Origin: Eledone cirrhosa
Taxonomy: Eukaryota
Assembly: GCA_964016885.1 (NCBI GenBank)
Contig: OZ024741.1
Span: forward strand, 98,456,001 to 98,520,000
DNA: 64,000 bases
Reading direction: 5' to 3'
The notes beneath the pieces were generated by a model. It was not told the DNA's origin and did not search any database. It was given only the letters and a program-made list of their open reading frames with translations. Position 1 is the stretch's first letter; each line of letters starts with the position of its first letter. This document shows, one piece after another, positions 61,939 to 64,000 of this stretch. The position numbers were made by a program, and so were the translations under genes.

Positions 61939-62372
61939 TTAAGGATACTATTTATGGTTATGTATATACTAAAACCTTTTATAGTTATATTTATTTTAAA
62001 CCCTAGACAGTGAAAGACAGTAATTTATTACTACCTTATTACCAGTAAGATAAATAGCTCAATGTAATAACATCAGTTGTTCTACAGAGCAGTTATATAG
62101 AAATTACATGAATCAAAGTTCTGTTCAAACCATTTATTCGCTTACAATTGTTTCTTCCAAACCGAGGTTTGATGTCTTCGGAGCAATTTTTCATTGATTG
62201 TTTACATACATGACATCCTTTCCAACACAAGAGACATACAGAAACATATGTATATATCGATGCACAGTGGGTTGACATCCATTATAATATTTTAGCATGG
62301 CAATTTACATTCAAAAATTAAAGTCATATTAAAAGAAAACAAAATTAAAGTTAAAATACCAGATTGGCAGTT
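61935..62372 (-). mobile_element. Family B copy 2, with a variant hammerhead-like fold at 62140-62184
   Basis: Reverse complement of 17160-17598; gct CCGAAGA c atcaaacc tc ggtttgga a GAAA caattg TA agc. Confidence 0.8.
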
Positions 62373-63439
62373 TTCGAAGAAACGCAAGAGGATAGTTAGA
62401 AGTAGTTAGTGTATGCAATAGTTACACGTGGGGCATGCACATGTGTCTTATTTATATAAGATTATAGTGCGACAAGGTGTTATATGGAATACAAGCACTT
62501 TAAGCGGGCAATCAAGAGTATTATGGGGGTTGTATTGGTAAGTATTTTTTATGTATGATATAGAAGCTTGTGTGCAGAGAAATATTAAAAATATTAAAAA
62601 TGAGAAGCAAAACAATGTTATGGTTTTCGTATACACCACCATTTTCACAATCCAGGAAACGTAATATATAGATTATATGTCCTTCACATAATCAACGATG
62701 ATTTAATATTGGATGCTTGATGAATTAGGTTAGAATATTACAGCTTGTTGTTCTTTAATCCAATTTTATAGAGCAGGCTGTTTTTGTTGCGAGAATTAAC
62801 ATCGTATTATTTTCCGGAAGTGTGTGTGTGATTAAGGGGAGTTAATGCGTGAGGGGAGGTAACTAGCTGATTTCTATAACTAAATTTATTATCCCAATGT
62901 ACATTAAATGGTGTCTCAAATGAGTCCCTATCATATAAGGTTATAAACAGTTTCTAAATTTAAGTATCCTATCTATAAATTACAGTCTAGTCTATCAAGA
63001 AGTACTAAAGGTGTTCATATTAGGATGATTACCCTCTATCATAGAGTGCCACAACTGAATATTCCACATGAAGAGTCAGATCCCCAAATCAATGATCTTT
63101 GTAAGTGTAGTCTACCCGCAGAACCCTGGCAGGGTTTTATTAGAATCACTTCTATATATAACTCTTGGTAAGCTCTGGGTCAGCGCATGTCTGATTGCAT
63201 GGCAAAGTTAAATATCACTAGGGTAGACCAGAGATCAATACTCACTTACAATGTCACTAATCTGACCATCAAATCATACATGTATGTATAACTCACACAT
63301 CACTTGTACATAATTCATTGTACTCAGCATATAGGTTATATAGCTATTTTATGTTAATAAATTAATTAATCTTCCATTTATCCAATGTTTGCACTCCATA
63401 GACAGAACAACATTAGCACAACCAATTCAGTGTTTAAAG

Positions 63440-64000
63440 TTTACATTAATTATATAGTGGTGTAATGTAGCCTAAGTAATTGAAGGCTATTATACCAAAA
63501 GTAGATGTACATGGGGATATCTCTAGGGTAAAAGGTTCTAGAAGGATGTCACTATTTGTGTTAAGGTCGTTCATTGAGTGTGGAGATGTGGTGTAAGGTG
63601 TGCCCTTGAGGTTTGTTGCTAGAGGTGGTGACGGGTTCAAGTCTGACATTGTTATATATTGGGTTTTAAGTTTTGGAAGGAGTGTCGGAAGCGGTGCTGG
63701 CAAGACGCGAACACTCTGATTTTTTATTAAGGAGGTTATGGTTTGAGAAGATAATAGTATGGGTCTCTAGTAGACAGAGGTTACAAAATTTATTAAGTGG
63801 TTTGTACGATGTCGCGTTACCTATCACTTCCCATTTGAGTGTATAAGATTTATTTTTATTTTTTAGATAGTGTATGTAGCTAGATAGTGAAGTGGAGTTG
63901 GCGAGACTGTGTTTTTTGAAAGAGTGGAGGTGCGAATTGTATCTGGTTTTGAAGCAGTTTGAAGTAGAGCCTATATAGGTTTCAGAAGAGTTGCTAGTTG
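63440..64000 (-). mobile_element. 3' part of a second Naiad-like Penelope element (GIY-YIG C-terminus); continues beyond the window
   Basis: ETYIGSTSNCFKTRYNSHLHSFKK..LKWEVIGNATSYKPLNKFCNLCLLE..LLNKKSE..CQHR; paralogous to 59300-59660. Confidence 0.85.

Overview
AT-rich, microsatellite-saturated animal genomic DNA. The repeat repertoire suggests a mollusc, probably an octopus; this is inference, not a database result. No intact host protein-coding gene could be supported, and almost all long ORFs in the track are simple-repeat artefacts. Contents: a decayed 5'-truncated RTE LINE, a decayed hAT (Charlie/Buster-like) transposase, several tRNA-derived SINEs with TSDs, Penelope-like element (PLE) remnants (one GIY-YIG fragment with inverted ends and two Naiad-like copies), a ~25 kb array of a 30-bp unit with nested higher-order duplications (684 bp, 1787 bp, ~8.3 kb), and many foldback hairpins next to (TA)n. 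Two observations stand out. (1) A near-full-length 5S rRNA is fused to a complete tRNA-SINE, and both lie inside one 17-bp TSD (12895-13246), so they retroposed as one unit. (2) Two non-coding repeat families carry minimal type I hammerhead ribozyme folds with unusual cores (U.U at the base of stem II in one, CCGANGA in the other); one has the partial-tandem plus inverted architecture of PLE-mobilised, retrozyme-like elements. Coordinates were read by eye and boundaries of decayed elements are approximate.
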